A stretch of DNA of 63,102 nucleotides, the filler included, from Reticulomyxa filosa (lineage: Eukaryota; Protista; Foraminifera): the NCBI GenBank assembly GCA_000512085.1. It is 21 parts of 21 records of this genome, joined end to end, with 100 filler letters (N's around TTAATTAATTAA, not from the genome) between each part and the next. Parts side by side here need not be neighbours in the genome. Positions count along the whole stretch, not along the records: positions 47,102 to 50,726 come from ASPP01005138.1; positions 50,827 to 54,935 come from ASPP01006586.1; positions 55,036 to 56,147 come from ASPP01024488.1; positions 56,248 to 61,442 come from ASPP01004653.1; 17 more parts are not named here. One strand, given 5' to 3'. Position numbers and translations under genes: made by a program. Below are positions 49,440-61,326 of the stretch, piece by piece; positions within the stretch are counted from its first letter, which is position 1; each line of letters opens with the position of its first letter. The notes beneath the pieces were generated by a model. That model ran no database searches and was not told where the DNA came from. It saw only the letters and a list, made by a program, of their open reading frames with translations.

Positions 49440-50620
49440 CAACCCAACGATCGCACAATCTTCATCAATGGAAACAACAGGCGTTATCAAATGCATTGGT
49501 TATTCTCCTTTTTCCAAGGGCAAAGTTATTGGTATTGAACTAGATTTGTTTTTTTAGAAACCATTTTTTTTATATGTAATATGATATTTTGTATGTTCTT
49601 TATAGACATATGGATTCCTGGTGATCATGATGACGTGTACAATCAATGTTAATACTTTCAGTGTTTTTTTTTTTGGTCTTATTTTTGTTATGTAATATTT
49701 GCTTAAAGTTAAATGACATATATCAATTTAGAATGACTTGATTCGAGTGTAAAATGCAGTATCCCAAATGAGGAGATATTTTTGTCAAACGATGTTCAGT
49801 TGCCACCATTCAATTGATTCCGGAAGTGGAAACCAGAGTGACAGGCCACAGTGGCAATGAAAGGAAAGAACGCAAATACAGCATTGGATAACGAGTGCAG
49901 ATTGACACGAGAGAAAAAAGAAGTTAATCTGACCATATTTTTTTTTAAACGATATGCAATGCTGGACTTTGAAATTTGGAAAAATAGAAAATACAATGCA
50001 AACGGAGCGAACGTATACGGCATTGAGCTAGATGAAAAATACCTAAAGATACCAATGAATAATACACAACCAAATGAAATGCTTCACGTACAGGTTGTTA
50101 TTGTTTGCTAATTGTCATTGAGATAGAAGGGAGAGGAGGGCAAATGAACAAAACAAAAATTCAATATATTTTTTTAAAAAAAAAAAAGACCTGGATGGTG
50201 CGAAAACATGCAATCAAAGCGGTAATCGACGAAGACGACATTCCAAAATACAGCATTGAAATTGAACAGTGGACGTCATGATACATAAAAAAACATTGAA
50301 GGTACGGACGAATGAAAAATATATGTCATCGAGATCGAAGTGTGGATCGGAGAATCAATAAACGTCGAGGTTGAACAAACAAGGCACTTCAGTGTGAATC
50401 ACTGATATAGCATAACTCACTCACCCTTCAGCATTGAACGAGTTCAAACCAAAACAACAACGAAAAAAGCAACGATAAATCTCTTGATTGGACGAGACTG
50501 GAATTTACTAACGACATGGTAGCCACAATCCATTTCATTGGTACCATGCACTTCGCAACAGATGAGCAGATCAGTGTGAAGGATGGGACAATCACGATGG
50601 CAAGATGTGAGCAAGTCGAC
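49440..50620 (+). pseudogene. Degenerate multi-CAP-Gly gene relic
   Basis: TGVIKCIGYSPFSKGKVIGIELD/WIPGDHDD..*YFQC; GANVYGIELDE; VATIHFIGTMHFA..DGTI; many stops. Confidence 0.6.
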
Positions 50621-50826
50621 TTGTGTTTAGATTGCATTGCTGAAATTACACTTTGTCGATTCTAAATCGCGAAGAGGATATCCACAATCTTCGAGTTTGG
50701 TATCGTTAGGTGAACGGACAATGAATNNNNNNNNNNNNNNNNNNNNNNNNNNNNNNNNNNNNNNNNNNNNTTAATTAATTAANNNNNNNNNNNNNNNNNN
50801 NNNNNNNNNNNNNNNNNNNNNNNNNN

Positions 50827-50862
<36 letters not shown>

Positions 50863-50919
50863 AAAAAATATTATTGTCGCTTTCATTTATTCTCTTGTTT
50901 TTGGTTTGTTATACATACC

Positions 50920-51273
50920 ACACACGCTCGATGGATGTTCACAATGGTCCAAGGCTTCGCATAGGATTCCCAAGGCTGTGACACTGACGCAAAAACATTC
51001 CCACGGTATCAGTGCAAAGAACAAAACGTAGACGATGATGACTTTGGTGACAAGAAACGCACCATCAAAATCCACTGCGTATGTGAACAACGGAAAGTAA
51101 TCCTCTGATAAGAAATTTATTACCACAAAGTTAAACAGCGCAATCACGAGCAACGACACATGACAATATGGCAACAAAGTGTCCACATACGAAATTGGAA
51201 TGCCCCATCTCAAATGTTTCAAAACTGACTGTCTTACATACCACCATTGCAATTTCTCGATTGATGATTTCAT
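50920..51273 (-). CDS. Hypothetical membrane protein, first exon
   Basis: ATG 51273, two or three hydrophobic segments, GTATG donor near 50920. Confidence 0.45.
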
Positions 51274-51541
51274 CTTATGGTTCTTTGCCTTTTTTTGTAA
51301 CTTTTTGTTACTATTTTGTTTAAATTTACTTGCTTTCTTTTTTTATTAGATCTTGGTGCAGATAATAAAATATTCCAAAGGAAAGTTGTTGCATCAAACA
51401 AAACATGGAAGTAAATAGCAGAATAAGATATAATATGTTTTACTTTCTGCCGGTCCAAAAAAAACGCAAAGAAAAAAGCAGTAAAAGGCAGAAAATGTTG
51501 CTTAAAAAACCTAAACAAGCCTCAAAAAAAAACAATTTAAA

Positions 51542-51616
51542 ATGAGCGACCAAGAAATGAGTGACCATGAAACGACCAGCCAAGGAACGACTGATCAAGA
51601 AATGAGTGACCGGGAG
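51542..51616 (+). repeat. Five imperfect 15-bp units encoding MSDQE-type pentapeptides
   Basis: ATGAGCGACCAAGAA / ATGAGTGACCATGAA / ACGACCAGCCAAGGA / ACGACTGATCAAGAA / ATGAGTGACCGGGAG. Confidence 0.8.
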
Positions 51617-52989
51617 CTGGATACAAAGTTATTGTTATGCGACGACCTTGTTTCGCACGTGTGTACATATTTGAACGACCAGGGAATAATAACCTTGCAG
51701 TTGGTGTCGAAGCGAATGCGCGCAAACGCGCGCAAAAGTCTGTATTCGCTGAAGCACCGATTGTCCGCTTGAAGTTGCACCGACTGCAAAGTGTGAATTT
51801 TGAGTTGTCGTACTTGGAGCCATTTTTAGTGCGTAAGTGTGTGGAACTGACATTTTCGTGCACATCATCACTACCAACAACAGGAACAACACGACGGAAC
51901 ATAAGTGACGACAAAGCAAAGTACTTTCGAACTATTCTGGAACAGATGCAATCCAATGTGGTGGAGCTATACCTAATGCTACCTTTCCCGGCGCCGCTGA
52001 ACTCTCCTGCAATGACAATCTTCCAGGAATATCGTTTCCCGCATGTAAGGCATTTGACGATTCGATCCGAGGCGTTTCGGATCCCGACCAGTTACACTAT
52101 GTTATACGTACCTTTGCTGACGAAGCAATGTTCCCAGGCCTGCAGCATGTTACCTGCGTGCGCCAGCCGTTTCTAGACTACGTAGCGCACATGCAAGGCC
52201 GAGTGCCGGCCCACGTGACCACGTTCGAGTTTGAAGAGTGCACGCACATTGCTGTCAAAGAGGTGCTTGAAGCATCCCCGCACGTGCACACCCTTTGCTT
52301 CCGAGACTGCCTGCTTCCACGCAGCTATCGCGTGTCCTCTCAGCATTCCCACTCCTTGCACATTGCCGACACAAACATGCTCGCGCTTCAGCGCGTCCTT
52401 CTCGATTTCCAAGACCCACTCGCCGTCCATGAATGGCTTCAGGATACTTGCAAACGATTGCCGACAATCAATTTTCATTTGTTGGCTGTGCTCATCGGAA
52501 TAATAATAATAATAATAATAATAACAATAATGATAATGATAATGATGATTATCATTATTATCATGGTAATGATGACAATAATAATAAACACACACTGCAC
52601 ATCCGGGCCACTGTGGGCAAAGAAAAAGCCTATGGCAACAATAGGCCGACATATCAACAGAGTGGCCAAACTGACTTTGTAAAGTATCAGGTGTTCACCA
52701 ATTCGCAAATTGTTTCTACATATTTAGCTGCGTCATCCAACTGCGTTACTGTGTTTTTGGAGTTAAACTTTTTTTTCATGTGTCCGATGACAATGTGGAT
52801 GATACGTGTGCTTTCTTGGCTGACTTGGCGCACGCCTATCACTGTCAAACATTTGAGCCAAACACGGTTCACATTATTCTTCACTTACTTGCTCGCTCGA
52901 AGCCACTGTTCTTTATGCAGAAGCAAGTCATGCAAAAATTATCCATGTATCACTTTAATTGCAATGTTGTACGTTTGGTGTGGGAGTAG
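51542..52989 (+). CDS. F-box-like / LRR-like protein, four homopolymer frameshifts
   Basis: LLCDDLVSHVCTYLNDQGIITLQLVSKRMR (F-box-like), FPHVRHLTI, FPGLQHVT. ORFs 51542, 51637, 52128, 52433 and 52780 chain with one base added at each join. Confidence 0.65.
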
Positions 52990-53229
52990 AATTGTTTATT
53001 TATTTATTTAACTTTTTCTTTTTTTCCTCTTCATTGCTTTGTTAATTCATAACAATTTATAAACTATTTACACAGTAAATGTGTTGGCCCGGCATATCTT
53101 TTAGATCAGTCACACGTAAAGCATTTTGTTATGTCGACCGTTTTCATTGTGTTTGGGTTGCAATTAGCGTTTTGTTTTTTGTATTGAAAGGGCTTAACCA
53201 ACTTAAAAAAAAAGTGTATATATATATAA

Positions 53230-54292
53230 TGCCTACACTATTTGTCACAACATTATTTTGGACACTCTTATTGCGTAAACTAGTGGTAAGAGGAGAGGAT
53301 TCGAGTTCGGATTGTAACTATGTGATATATCAATCGGACCCGAAAGCTACGAACGTGTGTTTCAACCGGTATAGTTTGCAAGGGGATTACAGCTACCAGT
53401 TTGCATGCGATAAGAAGACGGACACGTTGAACCTGAAGACGTATTCAGGTACGGACTGTATAGGAACCCCGTATTCGACGCAGCCGTACGACCACAGCAG
53501 TACGGACCTGACGTATAAATGCGACGGGAGCGACTGGTGTCACGGCGTGTATACGTTGTACGACATGTCAAGCGTGCAAAGTAACTGCAGGTACTCAAAC
53601 TACGCGAACAACCCAGTGGCAATAGGCGTGTGTGGGACGAACGGGACAACAAGTTTGCGATACGTATGCGGTGTGGACGAGACAACGAATACGACGTGGA
53701 TGAGACGCGATTACTTTTGGTCAAACACTCAGTGCAAAGGCAAGGCCGATCGATATATGGTATTCAAGCGCGGATGCCACAATGATTATAATGATACCAA
53801 TAGCACCGGTTACAATCTGAAGTCGCAACGCGTGTATGGCTACTATTACAAATATGGCGTGTCATGTCAAGCGAAAAGCACTGATACCACTGAGTCGCCT
53901 AACACAGGCAATAGTAATGAGTTGCTGTCCAAAGCCAATCTTAGTGTCGCGCTCCCCGTTATCCTGTTTTCCTTTGTCGGTTGCTGTATCGCTAGGTACT
54001 ACTACGTACGCTACAAAAAAAGAAGAAAAGAGAAAGCCAAAATGATCGCTGCCAAGTCCACCAGCGCCGTTTCGCTTTCTGCTGACGACACTGATAATGA
54101 CACCACCAAAAAACCAAAGTTGCACGCGCTAATTCGCAGAATAATCAGGCCAAAAATAGCAACGCGAATATCAATAAAAACAAGAATAATAACAATAATA
54201 GTAACAAGAATGTTGTTGGTAATAATAATAGTAATAAGAATGTTGTTAATAATAATAATAACAATAATAACAATAATAGCAATAATAACAAC

Positions 54293-54323
<31 letters not shown>

Positions 54324-54853
54324 GAAAAAAATCAGCTGCTGATATTGAAGGGGTTAGAGATCCCTTTTTGCAGGAAGACCACAGCCCGGGCCAAATTCAA
54401 AACGTTCAGTCCTTATCTTATAACGATAACATTGGTGGCATTGACATGGTACCTGTTGTGCCCGCCGCCCAGTCACAACTCGTGCTCATCCCTTTCCAAT
54501 CTCCCACTGATCCCACCCAACCACAGCCTGTTCAGTTCCAACAAGTCGTTATGAATGGACAGACCTATTTCATCATGCCTCAAGCTGGTGTTGGTGGTGG
54601 CTCACCTGCGCTGGTCCCGGTTGTTGGCGCAAGTCCGAATGTGGCTCAAGTTCAGATGACTGTGGCCCAAAGTCCTTCTTCTCCTAATGCCGATGGGAAA
54701 AAAAAAAAAAAAAAGAAAAAGCAAAGCGATGCTGAACACCACTCTCCTCGAAATGTCAATGCTGAAGTTGAAGTTGATGTTGACATTCCTTTGGGAGAAG
54801 GACAATCACCATTGGGAGAGGGAGCAGAGGGCGAAGGGGAGGGAGCACGCTAA
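53230..54853 (+). CDS. Type I membrane protein: signal peptide, Cys-rich ectodomain, TM, Asn-rich tail
   Basis: MPTLFVTTLFWTLLL.. signal; two Cys-rich modules; TM VALPVILFSFVGCCIA then RYKKRRK. One extra A in the A6 run near 54110 links it to ORF 54368. Confidence 0.72.
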
Positions 54854-55566
54854 TGCATTTTTCTAGATACTCCCTTTTCAAATTGTTTGAGCCTTTTTTT
54901 CCCCTCACTCTTTGACACTGGCATGTTGTGGATGCNNNNNNNNNNNNNNNNNNNNNNNNNNNNNNNNNNNNNNNNNNNNTTAATTAATTAANNNNNNNNN
55001 NNNNNNNNNNNNNNNNNNNNNNNNNNNNNNNNNNNAGAGTTTGCGTCTAATAAAGAAAGATTAATTGCAAACTTTCATTTTTGTCAATCAATTCATCTTC
55101 ATCGTTATCACTATTCTGTTCCAAGTCGTCTTGCGCAGCGTCTTTTTTTTCTTCTTTGACGTCTGCAAGTTGCTGATCGTTTAGAAAAAAAAGGTTCACT
55201 TTGGAAGACGAATGATGTGCTCATTTCGTTGATTTTTTTTATTGTCAACACTTTGTTTAGTCTAAATTAAATCATTTTTCTCGCACGTCTGAAACTATTA
55301 CTTGAAGTTATTCTAATTTTATCAATCAAAAGTTTACAACGAAAAGAATATCACAATATCCAAGCAAGCATCCAACAAAAAAAGAAACACAAACATCTTT
55401 TTGTAAATCGTTGTTATTTTTAGAAATTTTGTATTTTTGCAATTGATTGATTTCTTTTACAGTTAATTGTATTTATTTTGTAAAGTAGCAAAAAACACGT
55501 TACTAAGTGGAGTGGTTTAAGCGTGCCTTTCCTTTATGTTTTTTTTTAAAAAGACGATCCCTCACA

Positions 55567-56110
55567 ATGACAACAGTCGGCTCTCCGTCTGATGATAGGC
55601 TATATGGTTCATTCAATACACCAACCCTGAATAAAGCCACAACAGTAAGTCATTTGGAACGTTTCCATGACGAAGATTCGTTACTAAATCCTCCCGAGCC
55701 AGGAGAAGAATTTACGTCAACAGAGACATTACTGGAAGATGGCCCACGACCAGCAGAGAGAGCCATATCGATAAATGGGATGCGCAATTCGGGGATAATC
55801 TATGAAGAGACCTCGTTGACCGCAGCAAGCAGAGAGGGGAACAAAAAAACGGGGAGTATGGAAAAAGAAGAGACAAAAGAAGCAATGGAAAGAATAGAAG
55901 AAAATGAGATTGATGGTTTGAATGTTCCGGAAAACTTTGAAATTCCACAGTCATCGCCACCGCCACTACGAAGGATTTCCACAGTCGATTCCACAAGCAA
56001 AAACGGTGCACACTTGGAAGACCTCATTTTAAACATCATTAGTGAAGCAGGCGGTGCCGACATAAAAGAGGCGGTCATACGTTACCATCCTGCAATTTGC
56101 ACTTCTCAGT
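55567..56110 (+). CDS. Hypothetical acidic protein, first exon
   Basis: ATG-initiated frame of about 180 codons ending at a GTGTTTTT donor. Confidence 0.55.
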
Positions 56111-56279
56111 GTGTTTTTTTTTTTTTTTTTCTAAACCAAAGTGACAANNNNNNNNNNNNNNNNNNNNNNNNNNNNNNNNNNNNNNNNNNNNTTAATTAAT
56201 TAANNNNNNNNNNNNNNNNNNNNNNNNNNNNNNNNNNNNNNNNNNNNATTTTTATATACATAATTTGCAAAAAAAAAAA

Positions 56280-57836
56280 AAGTTGTACCAGAAGAGGATT
56301 GAAGGCTCAGCTCTTCATCCAAAATGGTGTTTGACCCACCCACGTAGTCATATCCACCTGAATCGGTCACACATTGTTGCACCCATAACGACAATGACTG
56401 ATTATCGACGAGTGCGTTCATTTGTTGATAGCTGCAATTTGCGGTAAATGTCTCCACCGTGTTGTTTGTTTGCCAACAATTGGAATTCCACAAATTTACG
56501 TAATCCCACCAATACGACTCATTATGTGTTTGGGAATATCTTTCAATTTTTTATTTTTTTTTATTTTTTTTTAAAAAAAAACAACGACAACAATGATTCT
56601 CTTAACTTCCACACACAAGTACTTCTCAAGTTTTCTTGTACTACGTCCATGCCATTCAATCCTGACGAAACATCGCCTTTCATTGTGACAGTTGCAAGTG
56701 ATTTGTAAATTATTATTATTATTATTAATTATCAAATTGATATATGTGTGTGTGTATGTGTATGTACATGTAATTAAAATTAAAATATTTTTAAAAAAAA
56801 CACCTTCAGGATCGACCGCGCAATATCTCCCAGAATTTGTGCATTGTTTGCCACAACGAAAAGTTCCAGTGTCACATCTCCAATAGGAGCCATTGATGGT
56901 ATATACGTGGGGTGCAAATGTAGTGTAATTTTTATATTCCAAGTTCAAGGCGGTGTTTCGCCAATTTTGTTTAAACTTGACGGTTTGGGGATCATTGGCA
57001 CTTGTCCACAGCTCATATTCCACACGACCATCGGGATGAGGGAGTCCCCATTCCAGACGGGCAATGACCCAGTTCATTTCGCTTGGATCCGGATATCTGG
57101 TTTTGGTAATGTTTATTGGATCCCAGTTCGACACATTTAACGCAGACATCAAAGTACTCGCATTTGTAAATGCTATCCATTTGTCGTTGTGTTGTACGTA
57201 CACAATTATCAATGCTACGTATTTTTGATCCTTTGACACACTGATTTGTAGTAGGATATACAAATACATATATGCATATATGTATATGTATGTATATGTA
57301 TACATACATATATCTATACATTAGTAATGTATATTATTGTATTAACATAGCAAGACTGAAGGAATGTCAATATCATCAACCCAGTTCTGTAGGGGCCACA
57401 TTGTAAACAGTGGCTCAATTGCGTCATCTAGGACAATTGCAGCAGATGCGCTAAGGGCTTGCACATTTTCCACTTTTTCCACAAAGTTGCAACTGCCACG
57501 GTCTATTAAAAATATAAATGATAGGGTTGATGAATCTCCTGTCCAGTCCTCTAACCAGTGGATGTATTGATTCTGATCAATCACTTCTTTGTTGCACTCC
57601 GTATGATATGTAGTGTTCATTGGAAGCACCAGATATCCTTCCACATTTCCTCCGTATTCAATGTGTCCAAATTGTGCTGGAGCTACCAACCACTCCAGGC
57701 CGTACAAAGGACTATCCGAAGACACGTACGGAAATTTTAACAGTGCTCCAGTACTCGACTCATCTGCTGTTGCTGTTTGACCCAAACGACATTGCCAGAA
57801 TAATATAATGCTAACACTTAATATTACTTGAAACAT
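56280..57836 (-). CDS. Vacuolar sorting receptor (BP-80/VSR-like), PA domain; multi-exon, 3' truncated
   Basis: Signal peptide; AQFGHIEYGG, LIDRGSCNFVEKV..Q, EPLFTM, IDIPSVL; LEWGLPHPDGRVEYELWTS; CGKQCTNSGRYCAVDPE; GMDVVQENLR; NTILDEEL. Confidence 0.9.
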
Positions 57837-58046
57837 TGGAATGCAGGCTCTTTCAATTTGACAAGATTTTTTTGATGGCGGATGGGTAGACGTTCACTAG
57901 GAAAACTGACAAGGAAGTGACTTTTTTCCAATAATGAAGCAGAACAAGTGTTCGAAGGAAAAAAACAACAACGAAATATTCAAAATTTACAAGAATTTGT
58001 TATTTGTGTTTTATACATTGCTAACAAAATCGCAAAAGAAGGAAAA

Positions 58047-61000
58047 TCATCCCTTAATTGATAATTCATCCCCAAAAAAGGACGAATTTCCTTCATTGAT
58101 CTGTTTTTGTGTTGTCGTACTCAATTTGGATCGAACAATCTCTTTGTATTCAAAATCGATCTGTTCCAAATCAATATCAGCATTGATCAACGCATTAGTA
58201 GTCTCACTTTGTGGTTTTTGTAGAACCTTTACATGTGCCCAAAAGCGGTCCAACAATGCCGGAATGAATAAGAAAATGATCAAAGGTATCCAAATGAATA
58301 GCAGAAACACATAAAACGATAGCACTTCCAACATGACTTGCCATCGATGATATTTGCTCCCTTCTGTAAAGGGTCGAAAGCAGATGGGGCAAATAGTGCG
58401 ACGATATAGCAATTTTTTCATGAGATCTTTATCAGCATCATCAACAATTTGATACTCTTGAAATAGTTCAAAGTAATCATTAATGTTACCTTTTTTGTCT
58501 CCAATGTAATGTCTGTTATCGTTCCACAAAAAAAATTTGTATACGTATAAACAGAGGTAGAACAAAAAAAAATTCTTGCAAAAGTATTACCTGCAATAAC
58601 GACAATGATCAGGTTTTTCAAATGGATTTTCAACACATTTTCTACCTTTTAAGGAGAGAAACAGCCCCGAATTGGCTTCTTGAATATCGGAGTTTTGTGA
58701 AGATATAGGCGTGCGGACAGATGCCTCATTTTCATCTTTTTTTTTTTTTATCATGAGTATGCCACAGGTGTAAAAAAAAAACTTTTTTTTTTTTTATTAA
58801 GAAAAAAAGTTGAGTAATCGAAATTACCGGATTCAGTGTTGTTTGCGTTTTGCCAGACATCAGCAGCCTCGTCAGCACCCGCGAATTGATCAGTGGATAG
58901 AATGGGTTCATCGGATTTGACAGCGGTGAGCGTTTTCATTTCCACTTCAACAGAGCCAGTATTATCCACATTGGTATTAAGCCGGGAAGGAATACGTTTG
59001 TTTTTGCGACTGCGTCTCCAACTGCTGTTTTTGGTCACAATCAAATCACGATTCAAAGAGTAACGAATGGGAAACCAAAAATTAGCATTCAACACATATT
59101 TTCCGCGTGTGAGTACTCGAATGGAGTTATCCAAGATGGAAACCACGGCCATGACCACGATGACCACAATGTTGAAAGGAGGGGACATTAGGCCATGTCT
59201 CCTGGCGGTATCGATGGTATCTTGGAAGCGGCTAAAGTTGGATTCCACTCGCGCGCGTTCTTTCATAGCGTAATATGTGCTGGCCATCAATGCCAACAAC
59301 AAGTTCAACAAAATGATGGTACCCACGACACTGTACAATGCAACCACGCATTGAGCCAAGCGCGAACGATACCAACTGAAGCAAATGACCCCAGTGTCTA
59401 GATTGTATCGTTCGTTAATCGTCGTCCAATCTTGTTCCCCCAACAGCGTTTGAAATATATACAACACCGACTGCGCCAGTGAATACAGTTCGTAGCGAAA
59501 CTGCGCGTCGTAAGTGCAAATGTCAGGATGGGAAATCCGCAAGTCGGAGGAGACAATATAATACAATGCCAACACAAACCCAGCAGTGAATAAGATCAGC
59601 AATATCAAAAAACTCTAAAGAGGTCCGATAGAACAATTCACAAGCCATACATGACGTATACATTAAAAATTTGTTCGTTTATTTTATTTTTTTTTTTTTG
59701 AAATAAAATGTATTGTATAAAAAAAAAAAAAAAAAAAGTAACAAAAATGTCAGTCATCATTTTCATGGCCATTTTGAAAAAAACACCAGTAGAAGTATTT
59801 CTTCGAAAAAAGCCCAAGAGACGCGTCCAAACGAGAATGCATTGCAACGACCAAAACAACATGTAAGTGGTGGTGTAATTGGAATTGATCTTCTTTTCCA
59901 ATTTGAGGACGGAGTAGTGATGGGACAGCTCTCCATTGGTGGTGTTGGCGGTGAACTGGAACCGCGAAGGGATAAGAAAGCGCATAATAAACAAAGCGAT
60001 CCACACGCACATGATCGCTAAATCGCAATAGTTGAACAAATTGGCAAAGTAGTGTCTGCCTTCAATGACCAATTGGACCAATTGAAATAAAATGAAGCCG
60101 ACATTGGCCAGCCATAAGATCTCCTCTTGTAAAGTGAGTTTTTCAAAGGGATAAATCCGCAGATAAGTGATCCAAGAGATGAAAAGTACATAAAAGAAGT
60201 ATAAAAAGAACTGCGTGAAATAACGGCCAATCGCACTGAAATAGAAGCGATTGGGTGATGTGATGAGCGTATGTAGCGTTTGGAAGTTGCTGCGTTCGAT
60301 CTGCAAGAAATTTTCTTTTGGGTCCAAATACTCGTATTTATTCCACATTTGTAGCATCAGCGGGGAGAGACGATGGAAGTCAAGGAACGAGTCCAGATGG
60401 AATCGAATGGCGATATCGAGCATGGACATTTTGTCAATGTCGCAAGGGATTTCGACAAGAATGGCCAGCAAATGATCATTTTCGATCTCAGAGAGCAGGC
60501 CAGTGGAAATAGCAATGTACTTTTCGCTGATGGCAGTGAACTGTTCTTTCCGACTTAAATCATGGTCGGCACGCTCTTTCATAAACGCAGCAAGATATAA
60601 AGATGTCGCTTCCGGAAATTCGCTTGTTTCAATAATAGCCTGACACAACTCATCCAACGACTTAATCTGCAGCTTGCTCAGCAACTCGCGATTCTCCTCC
60701 AACAGTCGCACAGCAATGGCCGTCGGCAATTGATTGGCCAAATAAATTAAACAGTCCCATACACTTTCGCGATCTTTGACAGATAACTGGTGGACACAGA
60801 AATACCACAAAGGCTTTCCATATGTGTATACGTCCAAGTCATATAACAGCTTTGGCAATATTGGTTTGTTCGTTTGCATTTTTTTGGAAAACGTGTTTTC
60901 CATAATTCGGGTAGTCCCCCCTCCTTTCATTGTCCTCCTCGTCACATTGCGACTCCATTGCATTAGCTCCTTCTTCTCTTGCTTTTCTTTCTTCAATTGA

Positions 61001-61326
61001 TTGTACCTTCGGAACTGCTCGCGACGACAGATCCGCAACGCCGTCACTTTCCTTTCGCGTCGGAATTTCAATGCGCGATGCTTGTCCGCCTTATTCTTGT
61101 CGAACATCGACACCATCTCGCGCACTATGTTCGCCTCTTTTATCTCTGGCAGCGTTGGCAACGGTAATGGCTTTGCTTGCGACAGCGATATCACCGCCGA
61201 CTTCATCTTCAGAAACTGCGCCATCTGCTCCGCCAGTGTCTCTGGGGGACGATAGTCGCTTATCTCTTTCCCCACTTCCATATAAAATACAAATAGTCGA
61301 ATCGCTTCTTTCAATTTTCGCAATTT
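58047..61326 (-). CDS. TRP-like 6-TM cation channel, multi-exon, 5' truncated
   Basis: S1-S6 hydrophobic pattern, WTRLLGFF...GVFFKM..MMTDI, pore FQTLLGE, IILLNLLLALMASTY, SPPFNI. Confidence 0.85.
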
